Shown: piece after piece, positions 14,155-28,119 of the stretch
Numbering within the stretch: the stretch's first letter is position 1
How the letters are laid out: each line of letters opens with the position of its first letter
Assembly: GCF_009914755.1 (NCBI RefSeq)
Contig: NC_060925.1
Reading direction: 5' to 3' (one strand)
From: the human T2T-CHM13v2.0 reference genome, Homo sapiens
DNA length: 64,000 bases
Notes under the pieces: model-generated
The model's input: the letters and a program-made list of their open reading frames with translations, nothing else
Database searches by the model: none
What the model was told of the DNA's origin: nothing
Position numbers and translations under genes: made by a program

Positions 14155-17109
14155 GGAGGAAAAATAGCACCTAAAAACAAAGCTAAAAACATAGTAAAGT
14201 TTGAGGCAAATGTCCCCAGAGAAAGATCATTAGCAAATTCATGACCCAGAGTCTGGTTGAGACTTCTCTATGAAGCCATTTATTGTTTTAAGAATCTCCC
14301 CTTGTGTATCAGAGAGGTTGAATTATCTGAGTAGAGAAATACAGTTGTAAATTCCAAAATGCTTCAGAAATTCACATATTATTTTGGAGCAGGTATTAAG
14401 GATTTAATGACTGCAGGATTTAGTTTAAAAAAATGATTTAGAAGTATTTGCAGATGAATTCTAAGAGGATTCTATATAACTTCTCATGTTGGTCTGGTGT
14501 TCCTCTATAAAATTAGTACAGACTTGATATTTGTTACATTGTTTCTCACGGTGTAGTAAACACAAATATTTAAAATTATAAGAGTTATGCATTTTAATAT
14601 TCATTTATGTATAGACTCAGTGGCGGGTTTTCCCATTTATAGCAATGATATAAAACATTTTACATCAAATTGATTTAAGTCAAAAGTAAATGTGTGTTTA
14701 AAAAGAATGAATGGTAGTACATGGTGGTACCTACGGCAGAAGTTGGGAAAGTGCATGATTAACTAATGGGCAACATTGGCTTACTGGTAAACAATATAAA
14801 TTGTGCTGGTTTGTAGTAGGGTAAATTTTATTACGCTGTTTAATAAAACCTCATAGCTGTTGATAATATATATGTTAAGATACTGGCTCTTTAAGAAGCT
14901 TTTATTAAAGAAACTAAAAGTTATTTAAGTTCTTGGTACCTGGAAGTTAATTAAACAGAAAAAAGTCACTTTAATTGGGTGACTCCTGCTCAGTTAAAAA
15001 TAAAAGTATATGTTAAATGCTATATTATTAATATGGTTTCTAGGACTTCTTGGCAAAAGTAGGGCAATTTTATCAAAGTCGTGCATGTACCACCCACTAA
15101 AATGATGTGGTACACCAAACATTATCTGTGCAAATGCTTTTGTTAAGTTGTATTAGTCAAAAGTTTGGGGAAAGTTCTGGTTTGGGTTTATATATGTTAA
15201 TACCTAGCGAGAAAAGTAGACAGCATATTCTTTCTTTCCCCTTAGGAGCACAAGAGAAAAAATCAAGATATTTAGAAGATGCTTTGAAATTAATTTCATT
15301 CAGAAAATATTTTTATGATTCTGCTGAGAGAAGGCAAAAATATTTTTAGAAATATTAGAATATCTGGCAACAAATTTTCGAGCATTAAATATGGATTTTA
15401 TTTTTAGAAAGAGTACACATTTGACATTGCATAACTAATTTACTTACTTCACATTTAAAAAACAGATTTGTGTATGTCTGTGAAAAAGACAATGTGTTGA
15501 TAGTAGAACTATAAGGTAGAAAGTTCCTCTTTCTCCTTCTGATCCTTCCCCTGCCCTTTTCCTCAAATGTGACTACAAACTGTTAACAGTTTGAAGTCCC
15601 CTAAGTTTTAAAATCAAATGGAATGAAATGGCATTTAGGAACTTGGAAGAGTGGAAACCTTTTTTCCAGACCTATGCTACCAACTGAGTTTATATTTTCA
15701 GGCAGATATGATGAAATTGCTGTGGGCTTTGGAGTCAGCCCACTGTTCGAATTCTGTTTTCATCCTAGAGCAACAACGCGAGTTTGGAAAGTTCCTTACC
15801 TTTCTTACTAAATGTCACTTTTCTTCTGAGCTTTAATCTAGCCTAGTCTGTCTCTCTCCTCTCTCTCTTTTTAATAAGCAGACATGTCTAAGAAGATCTG
15901 GCATAAGAATATGTGACATATTTTGTCCTGGAAAAATCGAATTTGGTATTTTAATGACCCAGCATGCATTCATGCAGTAATGCACTCACTCATCAGGAGA
16001 ACATTTCCCCACTTTGCCCAAATACCTACCTTCAGGTTGTGAAAGGTCAACCTGTAAAAGATGCCCCAGGAATCTTCCTGGAATTTAGATGGCCTCTGTT
16101 GGGTTTCACTTTGCACTTATTAATAATTGAGCACTGGGATAAAAATAAAAACAAAGGGTCTCATCTTGCAGTGTGAGAACATGGGCCATGTGTGCTAAGT
16201 CATGCAGGTAAGATGAGGAGCAAAGCCCTGTGGGGTAGCCAATCTAAAGAAGCATTCCATGTGGGCTGGTGCCTCCCTCTTGCAGAATGACTCCCTCCAA
16301 ATTAAAGGGAATTAACGTAATTGCTCCTGGGGAGGAAAATGCATTTTTGCTTTTCAAAGGTTGTTGTCTAAGCTTTAATTATCTAATCCACACACAGAAG
16401 CTTTCTACAAGCAGCCCTCCCTTTTAGCAACCAGTCACCTTTCAAATACTGCGGCATCTTTAGGCTTAAGAAATCACTGCATTATAACCAATTCTGTTAT
16501 ATAACCTACCCCTTAGGGTACAGTAAAACCTGTTGTAATGTTGGTTACTGAAAATGGTCTTTAGAGCTAGTGTTGGTTTAAATGGAGTTTTGTAATTATT
16601 TGAGCTGCAACTAGAGTGACAATTCTCCATTTTTAGAATCTGTGCCTCTTGTCTGGCAGCACTTTTAGTTATTTCCTTTCTATTGCTTTTTGTTTCACAC
16701 TCAATAAGCTTTGGTTGGTGTGTGCTTTATCAGACCTTCATGTTTACTTGCCAAATGAATATGGGGTTTTGTTACTAAAGTTAGTATTTTTAATCTATTT
16801 ATTTTATTTTTCTTTCTTTAGAAAACTCAGAATGGACTCGTTTTCTAGTCCTGAAATATTAATAAGTAAACATGTAATATATTCCTAGTGAAATAGCTTA
16901 AAGCTCAAAGAAGGTCTGTAAGTAGAGGAAAACCCTACTGTTAAGAACCAAGACTCTGCCATTCTTGTCATTGAAATGCATAGGGTTTTGATGTTGGGAC
17001 ATACTAAGGAAATAGTGCCACTAATTTTAGGTAGAGAAGATTGTAGGAATTAAGCTCGTTTCTGACTATAGAGGAAAAGGACCAAGACCATCGGCTCAGA
17101 ATTAAAAAA

Positions 17110-17570
17110 TTAAATTGCTCTTGGAATAAAATTGAGCTCTCCCAGTGGTTTGTATTGCTCTTCACATTCCGGCCACTGCCTGGCTTTCTCCCGCCCCCTG
17201 TCCTCTTCTCTCAGTCCTAGCCACACTGACCTCCTTTTCCTCCAACTTACCAAGCTCTTTCCCACCTCAGGGAACTTGTCTTTGTCATTCTCATGCCTGG
17301 ATAGCCATTCCTCCTTCCCCTTAGCTCTTCCTGTGGTTCTCCCCATCTAGAGTCTAGATCTTACCCTGAACATCACCCAGAGACCCCTCCCTGACTACCT
17401 TGACTCAGGTAGCTGCTTTCCAGGCCCCTGTTTATTTACTTTTCAGCATTTACCTTAGACTGTATTTATTTTTGTTGATTATTGTCTTTGCCCCACAAGC
17501 ATAAATTCTATTAAGGGAGGTGCCAGTACCTGATACAGTGCCTGGCATATACTATATACTCAGTATCTAT
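17110..17570 (+). mobile_element. L2 3' fragment
   Basis: Pyrimidine-rich L2 body ending in acagtgcctggcata. Confidence 0.6.
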
Positions 17571-18230
17571 GTATATTACCTGGGAGTTGTTCACTGGTTT
17601 TAAGGAATCCTTTTTTGTTTGTGTCTTTAAGATTAGTTCATCTTGTCAGACTAGAGGGATTTAAGTAGCTTTGGTATCAAAATCCAAGATAATATGTTTT
17701 CCAATACTCTTACCCATACACATTTTCACCCATTTTATTGTGATTTTATTGAGTGTCTAGAGAGCAACACTGGCTTTCCTCAAGAGTAGGCTGAAAATTC
17801 AGTAGATACCCCATGGATATTGTGCTCACTGTGAGAAGTCTTTCAAAATTTACCAGGCACTGAAATAACTCACCTCAGGTCTTCGATGAAGGTCAGGGAG
17901 GTGTGCGTTGGTCTTTGGTGAGCACACGGTATATTATGAGGGTACAACTGTCGCTGCCATTGTGTCTGTTCAGTGTGCCTTTGTAAAGAGCCTGGGATGG
18001 CCTCTTCATGGATCTGCCCTCTGTCTCTAAGCTTACCCATGGAGAAGACAAAGGCTGCTGCGCAGCTTCATGCTGAAAAGGAAATGTTGGCAAGTTGTTG
18101 CTTTGTAAAGATCAACACTATCACCGTAACAGCTGTCACTCAAAGTGGAGGAAGTGAAATGCAAATTTGGTGAGTAATTAGTTTTGTGTCATTCTTGGGT
18201 GTTCTAAATGTTACTATTTATCTGTCTTAG

Positions 18231-18323
<93 letters not shown>

Positions 18324-18881
18324 TGAGACTTGGGTTAAACTTTTGCTACAGAGCTGGACACTTTAGAGTTGGGTTGTAGTGTTTTTTAATTGTCTTAAGA
18401 TAATAACCATTATGTTATATGGAATGAAATGAGATGGTAGTTTTTATTATTTCATTTCGTAGAGTTTTATCCCCCTAGCTAGCAAGAATAAAAGAGCTTT
18501 CTTCTTGTAGGAATTTATTTTTTTCTTTGAATCCTTTCTATATCTTTACAGTTTATGTCAAGCACAAAAAGTGCCTCATTTATAAGCTAATAATCATGTC
18601 AAGATTTGTTGGATTTCAGTAATCTACATCATTGATTCATCCATTCATTCTTTCATTTCATAAGCAGTGATTGAGCTCTGGTCACATGTCAGAGGCCGGG
18701 GATATAGAATAAGACCCTCTAAGATTCTTCAGGAGCACCTGTTTAGTGGGGACCCTAAATCACCAGTTTGGCACACAAATCTGACTGGCATCCCCAGGAA
18801 GCCTTTCTCTCATTACTGTGTTTTCTAAGTATCATCAAAAGAAGATCTTTTAAAAATTTGGGGTGAACTTGAGCTCATTTA

Positions 18882-19220
<339 letters not shown>

Positions 19221-20129
19221 TCAAAACTCCCATAACACTTACCTCTGCTAGAATTGTGAATGATTCTAATATTTTTGCCTTTTTTGCTTGTGTGTCCAAA
19301 TCTGCAAGCATGTGTATTGCTTATTGCTTATTATTATTACCATAATTAACCAACACAATGAGCGAAAGGAATGGGAGTGACTGAGAAGACTCTGCTTGTC
19401 TGTCTTCCTCATTCTGCTGTAAACTCTCAGAGGGCAGGCCCCAGTGCCTTATACTTAAAAGCACTTTTAGTGAATATTTGAATGAATACATTAAGACTAA
19501 ATCCCTTAAGAGTCAAGGGATTCTCATTCTGCTTCTGAGATCACAGGAGGTAGCTGTTAGGGTAAGACATGGGGAGGGAAGAAGCAACACCTATTGTGCT
19601 TAATTAAAGTGAAGTCAAGGAGTAAGGCATTGGGATTTGGACCCTGAGGGGAAAATATTCTGAATCAACCTAGAGTCTGAGGTAATCAGCCGTGGAAGGG
19701 CAAATAAAAAATGGCAGATAATGTAGATGAAAGTTTTAATGGTGAAGACAAAGCTTATTTTTCCTTCCACTTCTAATGGCTCCTATACTTTGAAAGTCCT
19801 TTGTAAAATATAATCCTATTTTTTCAGAAAGGGGTAATAATGCTGATAATTCTAAGTTCTAAGCAAAGTGGTTAGGAGTATATACTTTGGAGGCAGAGAA
19901 ACTTCAAGCAGTTTGAAGCCTCATTCTGCTTCTTGCTGTCTGTAGTAAATAAGTATCTCGGACAAATTACTTATCCTCTCTCAGCCACAGTTTCCTTATC
20001 TGTAAAATGGCTTCAGGTCTAAACTAAGGATCAAATGAAGTAATAAATTTATCCTTCTGCCTAGTGCAATGTTTGGTTTTTGTTTTTCTTGTTGTTAGCA
20101 TTATACTATTATTACTGTTAGTAACATAA

Positions 20130-20420
20130 TTAATAGTAGTAGTAATTATTATTACAGGGTCTTACTCTGTCGCCCAGGCTGGAGTGCAGTGGCACACTGC
20201 AACCTCTGCCTCCTGGGTTCAAGAGAATCTCCTGCTTCAGCCCCCTGAATAGCTGGAATTGGAGGCCCCCACCACCATGCCTGGCTAATTTTTGTATTTT
20301 TAGTAGAGATGGACTTTTGCCATGTCTGCCAAGCTGCTCTTGAACCCCTGGCTTCAAGTGATCCACTTGCATCAGCCTCCCAAAGTGCTGGGATAAAGGT
20401 GTGAGCCACTGCACCCAGTC
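20130..20420 (-). mobile_element. Alu (J or early S) with tail decayed to trinucleotide repeats
   Basis: acagggtcttactctgtcgcccaggctgg...gagccactgcacccag. Confidence 0.9.
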
Positions 20421-22934
20421 AAGAACTAGAATTTTAAAATAATAATACCAGAATAGAAGAAAAGATAGTAAGATAATTAATACTACTTAACATAGAATTG
20501 ATTTCAATTCTACATAAATACTAAATTTATAGCCTATTTTTCAAATATTTTTCACTCAAATACTTTTATGTAAATATTTGAAAATATAAATACATTAACA
20601 TAGTTCAGAAATTTAAAAAATCTATATAGGAAGGTTTAAGTGAAAATTATCCCTCCCATCCTTGATCCTCATCTGTCTAGTCCTTTCCAGGTAACTTCTG
20701 GTATTAGTTGATTTGATATCAGTCTAGAATTTCTTTATGCACGTATAAGTAAATGAAGATATGCACCCATTTCCTACTAAAAGTATGCCTTTGAATGTAA
20801 CTCTAAGTTCTATCTTTTTGATATCTTAGGATACCAAGAGTTGTATTTACATTAAGCTTCATTTCTAAATCTAGAATCTTCATAAACCATACATTTGAAA
20901 CAGAAAATACCACAAAGTAGTACATTTATAATTTAGTGAAGAATTTAGTTGAAAGAATACTACTAGTTTTCTGGAAACTTAATTTTTTTATTATGCTAAG
21001 ATAAGATGTGAGTTGTTTTTAGTCTACAGTTCAGGCCAACTAAGACTAATGGACTTCTATCAAGAATCATCCTCATACTAAATTCTGGGCAGCCATCATT
21101 GCGTTGGCCTTCATTATAATCTGGGTTTTATTATCACCAGGTTTAAAAAAAAATCCCATTTCTTATGAAATTACACTTTTGTCTTCATTGTCTAGATTTT
21201 TTCAACTGCTGATATATTAACACTTTTAATTAAAAATGAGAAGCCTTAAAGGAATTTCTATTTGGATGTAATTGTTTTATTATTTAAAATTTTTTAAAAA
21301 TGAAGATGATTTTGAAGGCTTGTTGAAGGTGTGGTTGGTATGTTCATATACACTTTTCACTGAAATGTCTGTGTTCCCATTTGTGCTATATATTTTAGTT
21401 TCTTTCTAATAAAAGAGTTTTATGGCTACTGTGAATTTAAATAATGCTGTTTTTCAAATTTTTTTCACTTTGCAAACATTTATCTGAGCAGTCACTTCTG
21501 TAAAGCCTTCCTCATTTTTCTGGAGAGGCTTGGCAGGTCCTTTGCCTGTGATTCCCTATTACATTTTATGTATTACAAGGCTACATACAACGTTAAAGCA
21601 AACACCTTGTATTATAATTATTTGTTTGCATGGCTGACTCTTCTCTTGAGGGCTGTGGTTGGTTCTTTTCCTATTGTGTCCTGAGGGAGCAAGTATACTA
21701 AAATATATTTATTGCTTTTTCAGTGCCAGTCACTGTGATAGTCCTATGGATCAAAAGATGTTTAGGACAACTTGGTACCTGCTGCAGGAGAGCTCAGTGT
21801 ATAGTCTGTATACATGTATAGGTGTGTAAAACAGTTACAGTGCTTTGTTAGAATTAGGAGAGAGGTGTTATGGGAATACTGAGGAAGGAGGTTTAACTCT
21901 GAAATGGGGGGGTAGGAGAAGATGTTAGGAATAGGCCCCATGGAATGCCTTTCATGTTAGGATGAAAACTGGAGAACAGCAATTCAGGCACTGATTTTAG
22001 GTGCTAATTTTATTTATTCGTATGGCATAGGTTGTATAATGGTATGTTAGGTAGTATATATAATACGAAGTTCACAGTATGGGTACATTATTATAACCAA
22101 AAGAATGATCTGATTTTATTCCTACTTAGATTCTATTCACCTAGTTAAAATTAACAAAAAACGAGAATTGTGTAGCTTTAACTGCCTATTCTTGATTAAA
22201 TTAAGTATAGTTGACTTTAGAGATAGTTGAATTTCTGGCTTGTGTGACAGCAGTGAGTGTTGTGATGTCACTTGTGAGTCAGTCTCAGGATGTTCTGTTG
22301 AATTGGAGGGTAGGTGTGTCAAAAACTGTATTCACTTTTACTGAGAATAGCCAATGTGTTGATTAAGAGTGACTTTAGGTGAAAATCAGGGGAAAGGGGT
22401 GTTTTTCATCTACCTTAATTCTTTGAGTCATCCATTTTCAGTGTTGGCTTGGCAGTTAGCCTTCAAGGGAACAAGAGGCCTTTCAGTTCTGGGGTCAGAC
22501 TCAGCAGAGTTTGAATTGACAAACTAGGTATGAATCTTTTTAGGTTCTCTTCCTTTCAGTGTACTACTAAATTATAGTGTATACTATTGAGCAAACAAAG
22601 TCGTATTAATCTCAGCTTGTCTAAAACCCCAGGAGACCAGTGACCCTTAGTGGAATGTCCAGATTGTTTTCATGGCAGTCAGTGGCAGTGGTTTTCAAAT
22701 CTACATTGTTGGTGCTCACAAAACAGTATTTGTGAAAATTTAAAGTCCCGCAAAACATTGAAAAGATAACCAATCTAAATTGTACAATTCTTATTTAAGA
22801 TGTCTCTTGTGCTTTTAAATTCATTTTATACTTATTTCTTTGTTTATTGGTCCATATGTATCAGGTTGGTACGTTTTTTAGTATTGGTGATAATTCCTAA
22901 ATCTCCTAAAAGCCAGTTTTTAAAATGACATATA

Positions 22935-23452
<518 letters not shown>

Positions 23453-23499
23453 TTATCCCTTTAGTTTTTTCCTAAAGCTTGGAGAAGAGGCTAGAATTT

Positions 23500-23695
23500 A
23501 CAGGTGTTTCTCAAAGTTATGTTGATCCTCAAACTTATCTGCATACGTGGGGAGCTTTAAAAAACTACTGATCCCTAGATTCTGTGCCCAGAAATTTTGC
23601 TGTAATTGGTCAAGGGTGAAGTCAGAGTTATTGGGATTTTGAAAAACTGCATATATGATGCCAATATGTGTGGTCAAGGTTGAGAACTCCTGCTC
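23500..23695. mobile_element. MER5-family (hAT-Charlie) MITE
   Basis: Terminal inverted ends caggtgtttctcaa ... ttgagaactcctg. Confidence 0.6.
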
Positions 23696-23715
23696 TGTAA
23701 GATGTACCATGGCAA

Positions 23716-23823
23716 AATATATATATATATATCAAGTATATTTATATATATATTATATATATATCAAGTATATTTATATATATATTATATATATATCAAG
23801 TGTGTATATATATATATCAAGTA
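23716..23823. repeat. AT-rich minisatellite, about 32-bp unit with ATCAAGT core
   Basis: atatcaagt recurs four times within (TA)n. Confidence 0.9.
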
Positions 23824-23929
23824 AATTTAAAACTCTCCATCTTGGAGATTTACAAAGCAAATTTCTGTTTTAAAGATTCTGAATGGTTCTGAGTAATGAA
23901 GTAACCTGTTTAGCTCTGTATAACCCAGA

Positions 23930-24053
23930 ATTTTCTTTCTTCTTTTTGTTTTTTTGAGATGGAGGTTTCACTTTGTTGCCCAGGGTGGGCTTGAACTCTT
24001 GGGCTCAAATCCTGTGTAGTTGGGATCACAGGCATGCACCACTGCATCTGGCC
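23930..24053 (-). mobile_element. FLAM / Alu monomer
   Basis: Short monomer flanked by cccagaatttt on both sides. Confidence 0.75.
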
Positions 24054-24549
24054 CAGAATTTTACAAAGTACTGATTTTCTTCCTCCTGCCCCATACTTTC
24101 CATTAATATCCAGCAGAACTCCTGTTCTGAAACACTCTGAGGCATATTTCCTGATCCACACCTGTGTGGAACAAAAAACATCTCTTGGGATTAAAATAAT
24201 ATGCTAGCATTTTGTGGAACATTTTTTTTATGCTGTTTCCTGAGAGTCTTGGAAATAGATGGCTTATCAAATCATGGTATTTTATTTAATGTGAACAGGA
24301 ATATCCAAGTTTTCTTGCTGTTGTGAGGCCAGACAATCTTCTCTAACAGAGGATTCACACCCCTCCCACTGGCAATCCTTTTATGACATCTGTCATTAAA
24401 ATGGATGCATAATGTTTGTGTTGAGGGAGGTGTTTGTTGTGTTTTGGGGGATGACCCTTAGTGATATCCCAGTTGCTGAGCTCTGTGGCTGAGTCTTAAT
24501 GGGAAATCTCAAAAGTAATTATTTTAGATCTTCTGGGCATGCCAGAACT

Positions 24550-24628
24550 TGTAGGTCTTTAAACAAAGGCTCAAAAGGGTCAACCACTGTAGGTCTTTAA
24601 ACAAAGGCTCAAAAAGTTGGTCAACCAC
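24550..24628. repeat. Tandem duplication, two copies of 38/41 bp
   Basis: tgtaggtctttaaacaaaggctcaaaa...ggtcaaccac twice. Confidence 0.93.
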
Positions 24629-25589
24629 TTAGGACTTGGCATCAGGCTGCCTTCTTTTTCATAAAGTAAACATGTGCTGGTAGACGTTAGATGTAATCAT
24701 AAAATATATTTCCTTACATAAAACATTGAACCAGATTTTTATTAGCTTAAATATGATATTGTGATTTTTGTCGAAGTTTGTTTAGCAATTAACTGTACTT
24801 CAAAGGGAAAGTTCTCCTTACCGTGCTTTCCTCTTGAGTATCAAAACTGTGGAAACAATATTTTATCCTCTTTTAAGATGTTCCTTTCATTCTCAACTTT
24901 TCCTCGCTGTTTCTCAGTCTTGATCTTTGGGGTCATTTCTGCCCCATGGATCTTTAGTAAACTTTTGCTTTTGGTGCTTGGTATAATGGAAGCTAATTCG
25001 CGTTAGTTTTGACTAGTGGGGATGTGCCAATTTCCTGAGTGTTGAAAATAGATGGCTTTTCCAGTCCAAACTGTTGAATCCATTCTTAACAGCTGGGGCA
25101 TATTTTGAATAAGTGTACCCCCATGAAAAAAGACTCTTTGTCAGAGTTTTCTTGTTAAAGTGCTAAGTAAGCTCCGCTATACAGGACCTGAGAAGAGAAA
25201 CAAGTGTAAGTGTCTCCATGACCCATTAAGAACTCACATGGAGGTGAGTTATATTATTCTATTTTTTGTCTGCTGGAACAAGAAGGTGCTTTGGTGATTT
25301 GTGTTGCGAAAATTCGCTCAGACTACTTTTTTTTTTTTTATTCCTACCTTTAGGGTTCCAGATCAGTTTTACCAAACTTAGTGAAGTAGGGTAGGTGCCA
25401 AAGTTTTTGTACTCTTTACGGTATATTTCCAGTAGCCTTAGTTGATAAATATGGTTTTGAATAAGATTGCAGTCATTTACCTTAATGAACATAGTAATAG
25501 TTATTATTTTGTTGAATGTTATGAAAAGCTCTTAAATACCTGAGTTAAAACCAATTTGCCATTATTTTTATTTTTAAAGAAAAATTGTT

Positions 25590-25888
25590 GGCCGTGTGGG
25601 TGGCTCATTCCTGTAATCCCAGTGCTTTAGGAGGCCGAGGCAAGAGGATCACTTGAACCCATGAGTTAGAGACCAGTGTGAGTAACATAGTAAGACCTGG
25701 TCTCTACAAAAAAAAAATAAAAATAAAAATTAGTCAGGGGTAGTGGCACACATCTGTAGTCCTAGTTGCCTGGGAGGTTTAGGTGGGAGGATTGCTTGAG
25801 CCCAGCAGTTTGAGGCTGCAGTGAGTTATGATCGTGCTGCTGTGACAGAATGAGTCCCTGTCTCTGAAATTAAAAAAAAAAAAAGAAT
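25590..25888 (+). mobile_element. AluJ
   Basis: Diverged dimer with A tail; agaaaaatt on both flanks. Confidence 0.88.
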
Positions 25889-26414
25889 AGAAAAATTACT
25901 GGTTAAATGGGTGTCAGTCAGATGTTGATGAAATGCCCAGAGTACAGGTCTTGGTCTGTTTTTCTGGTGTTATTGCTAGTTCTAGACAGATTTTATTCTG
26001 CTGATTTCAGGTGACCTTTTAAGCCATGACTTTAGAATTGAATTTTCATGTATCTCTGTTTCTTTAGATGAGTAAAATGATTCCTGTATAGCCTTATGTT
26101 AAATCTGAAAAGCTGAGATTCTGTTTTTTTGTTGTTGTTGTTGTTAGGTACAGGTCACGTTCAACTTTGGGCCCTGCCTCCTGAGGCATGTGGTTTTGCT
26201 CTTTCATGAATGGGAGATGGTTTTGTCCTCCCTACTAATTCTCAATACAGTTTCGTCTTGTAGGTCTCAATGATATAAGCTCTTTCTTTTATTGTAGCTG
26301 GTACATATATGTCATAGATTTGTTCAGAGGCTGGAAACTAGGATGTACTTTGGACAACTGTGTAAAGTATTTTGGGCATTGTCTAGCTCTGAAGTATACG
26401 GACAATATAGTCTG

Positions 26415-26860
26415 CAGCTGAACTGTCCAGTATGTTAGCTAGTAGCTACATGTGTTATTGAACACTTGAAATCAGTCTAGTCCAAACTGAGATAGACTGT
26501 ACATTTAAAATACATATTGGATTTCAAAGATGTAGTATAAAAGGCGGGGTGTGGTGACTCACAGCTGTAATCCCAGGCTGAGGCCAGGAGTTTGAGATCA
26601 GCCTGGACAACATAGTGAGACCCTGTCTCTCAAAATAAAAAGATTTAATATAAAAGAAAAATGTAAGATATCTTATTTATAATTATGTTCATTAATGCTG
26701 AAATGAGAATATTCTAGATATATTGGATGAGCAAAATACACTACTAAAATTTACTTTTTTCTTGTTAGTTTATTTTAATATGGTTATAAAAAATTAAAAT
26801 TATACATGAGGCTCTCTTTTGAGGATGGCATTATATTTCCATTGGACAGTGATGATCTAG
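26415..26860 (-). mobile_element. MER33-like (hAT-Charlie) element containing a deleted Alu monomer (about 26543-26640, +)
   Basis: ctgtccagtatg...gctacatgtg...cacttgaaat and attatatttccattggacagtg termini. Confidence 0.65.
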
Positions 26861-26917
26861 AGTGTTTTTGCTATTGTACATAGCTCATAATTAAAGATTG
26901 TTCTATATACTTTCTCC

Positions 26918-27203
26918 TTTATTTATTTGTTTTCAGAAATAGAGTCTCACTCTGTTAGCAGGCTGGGGTGCAGTGGCCAAATTGTAGCTCACTGCAGTCT
27001 TGAACTCCTGAATTCAAACAATTCTCCTGCCTCAGCCTTCTAGGTAGCTTGCTACCACTCCTGTCTAATTAATTTTTTTTTTTTTTTAAATAGAGAAGGG
27101 GTCTCCCTCTATTGTCCAGGCTAGTCTCAAACTACTGGGCTCAAGCAATCCTCCTGCCTTGGCCTCTCAAAGGGATCACAGGTGTGAGCCATCATGCCTG
27201 GAC
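26918..27203 (-). mobile_element. AluJ
   Basis: Antisense diverged dimer. Confidence 0.85.
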
Positions 27204-28119
27204 ACATTTTTGCTTCAAAAGGTCAATAGTTCTTAGCCACCAGAGGTGTTCAGGCATAAGTTGAATGAACTCTTGGTAATGATCATTTATTCATTCCTGT
27301 ATTAATTCATTTAGCAACATCTATAACATACTAATTTTCCCAACACTGTACTATACTCTGGGCCAATAGACATAAAAGACACGTTTCCCGTCCTTAAGAA
27401 GCTCATCTTCTTGTGGAGGTTGTGAAGAGGGGATTCAGTTCAGTGCTTATAAGGGTTCTTAGATGACCTTTATGATCCTTTCCAACCCATTGCTCTGCAA
27501 TTTTTGCATACCTCCTAACTACTTGTTACCCAGAGAATTTAGAGAATCAAGGACTTAAGATAATTGTAGATCACAGTCATTTCCAAAATTTCTTAGTCTC
27601 TTTTCTATCAGCTCTTTTTGTATTTTTTAATGTAGTCTCCACATTGTAGACACTGTGCTTCTGTTCTCCATTCTTTCTTCTTCGAGTAACTTCATTATTC
27701 ATAATAAGAAATGCTTTCTTATTTTGTGTAAATATGTTCTTTCATCTCTGGTTTCATCTCCCATTATTAATATTTATAAGGTTGCTTCATTCTGAGTGAT
27801 TTCTTAGATTCTCAGGTTACAAGCAGTGGTATGTTGGTAAACTGGCTCTATAAGTAAAAAGTATTTGCTGATTTCCATGGTACAAATACTTTTACCACTG
27901 CTGATTTGGGCTCTCAAAATTTCTGAATATTTAACAGTTCACTCTTGAGAGCCTATATAAGACAGTGCTGGGACACCAGTGAAACAAGCTCTTTAACATT
28001 TAATTGTGGATGTTGATTCTAGTTTTCTTAAACTTAATTTTTTTCCTGCTGTTTTTCTGCAAAATAAACACTAAACACAAAATAAACAACAAGTCCCAAT
28101 TGCTCCTTCTATTTAAATA

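Noticed and set aside
13770-14192. 140-aa and 84-aa ORFs with YIYI/THTH/VCVC runs
   Set aside because: Microsatellite translations that lack stops by composition.
16172-16207. 36-nt pseudo-exon (tcttgcag|...CAG|gtaaga) with in-frame TAA
   Set aside because: Short pyrimidine tract; such pseudo-exons are common by chance in long introns.
23716-24628. Repeat-spacer-like patterns (ATCAAGT cores; 38-bp duplication) as a CRISPR-like array
   Set aside because: Eukaryotic intron, no unique spacers, no cas genes; ordinary tandem repeats.
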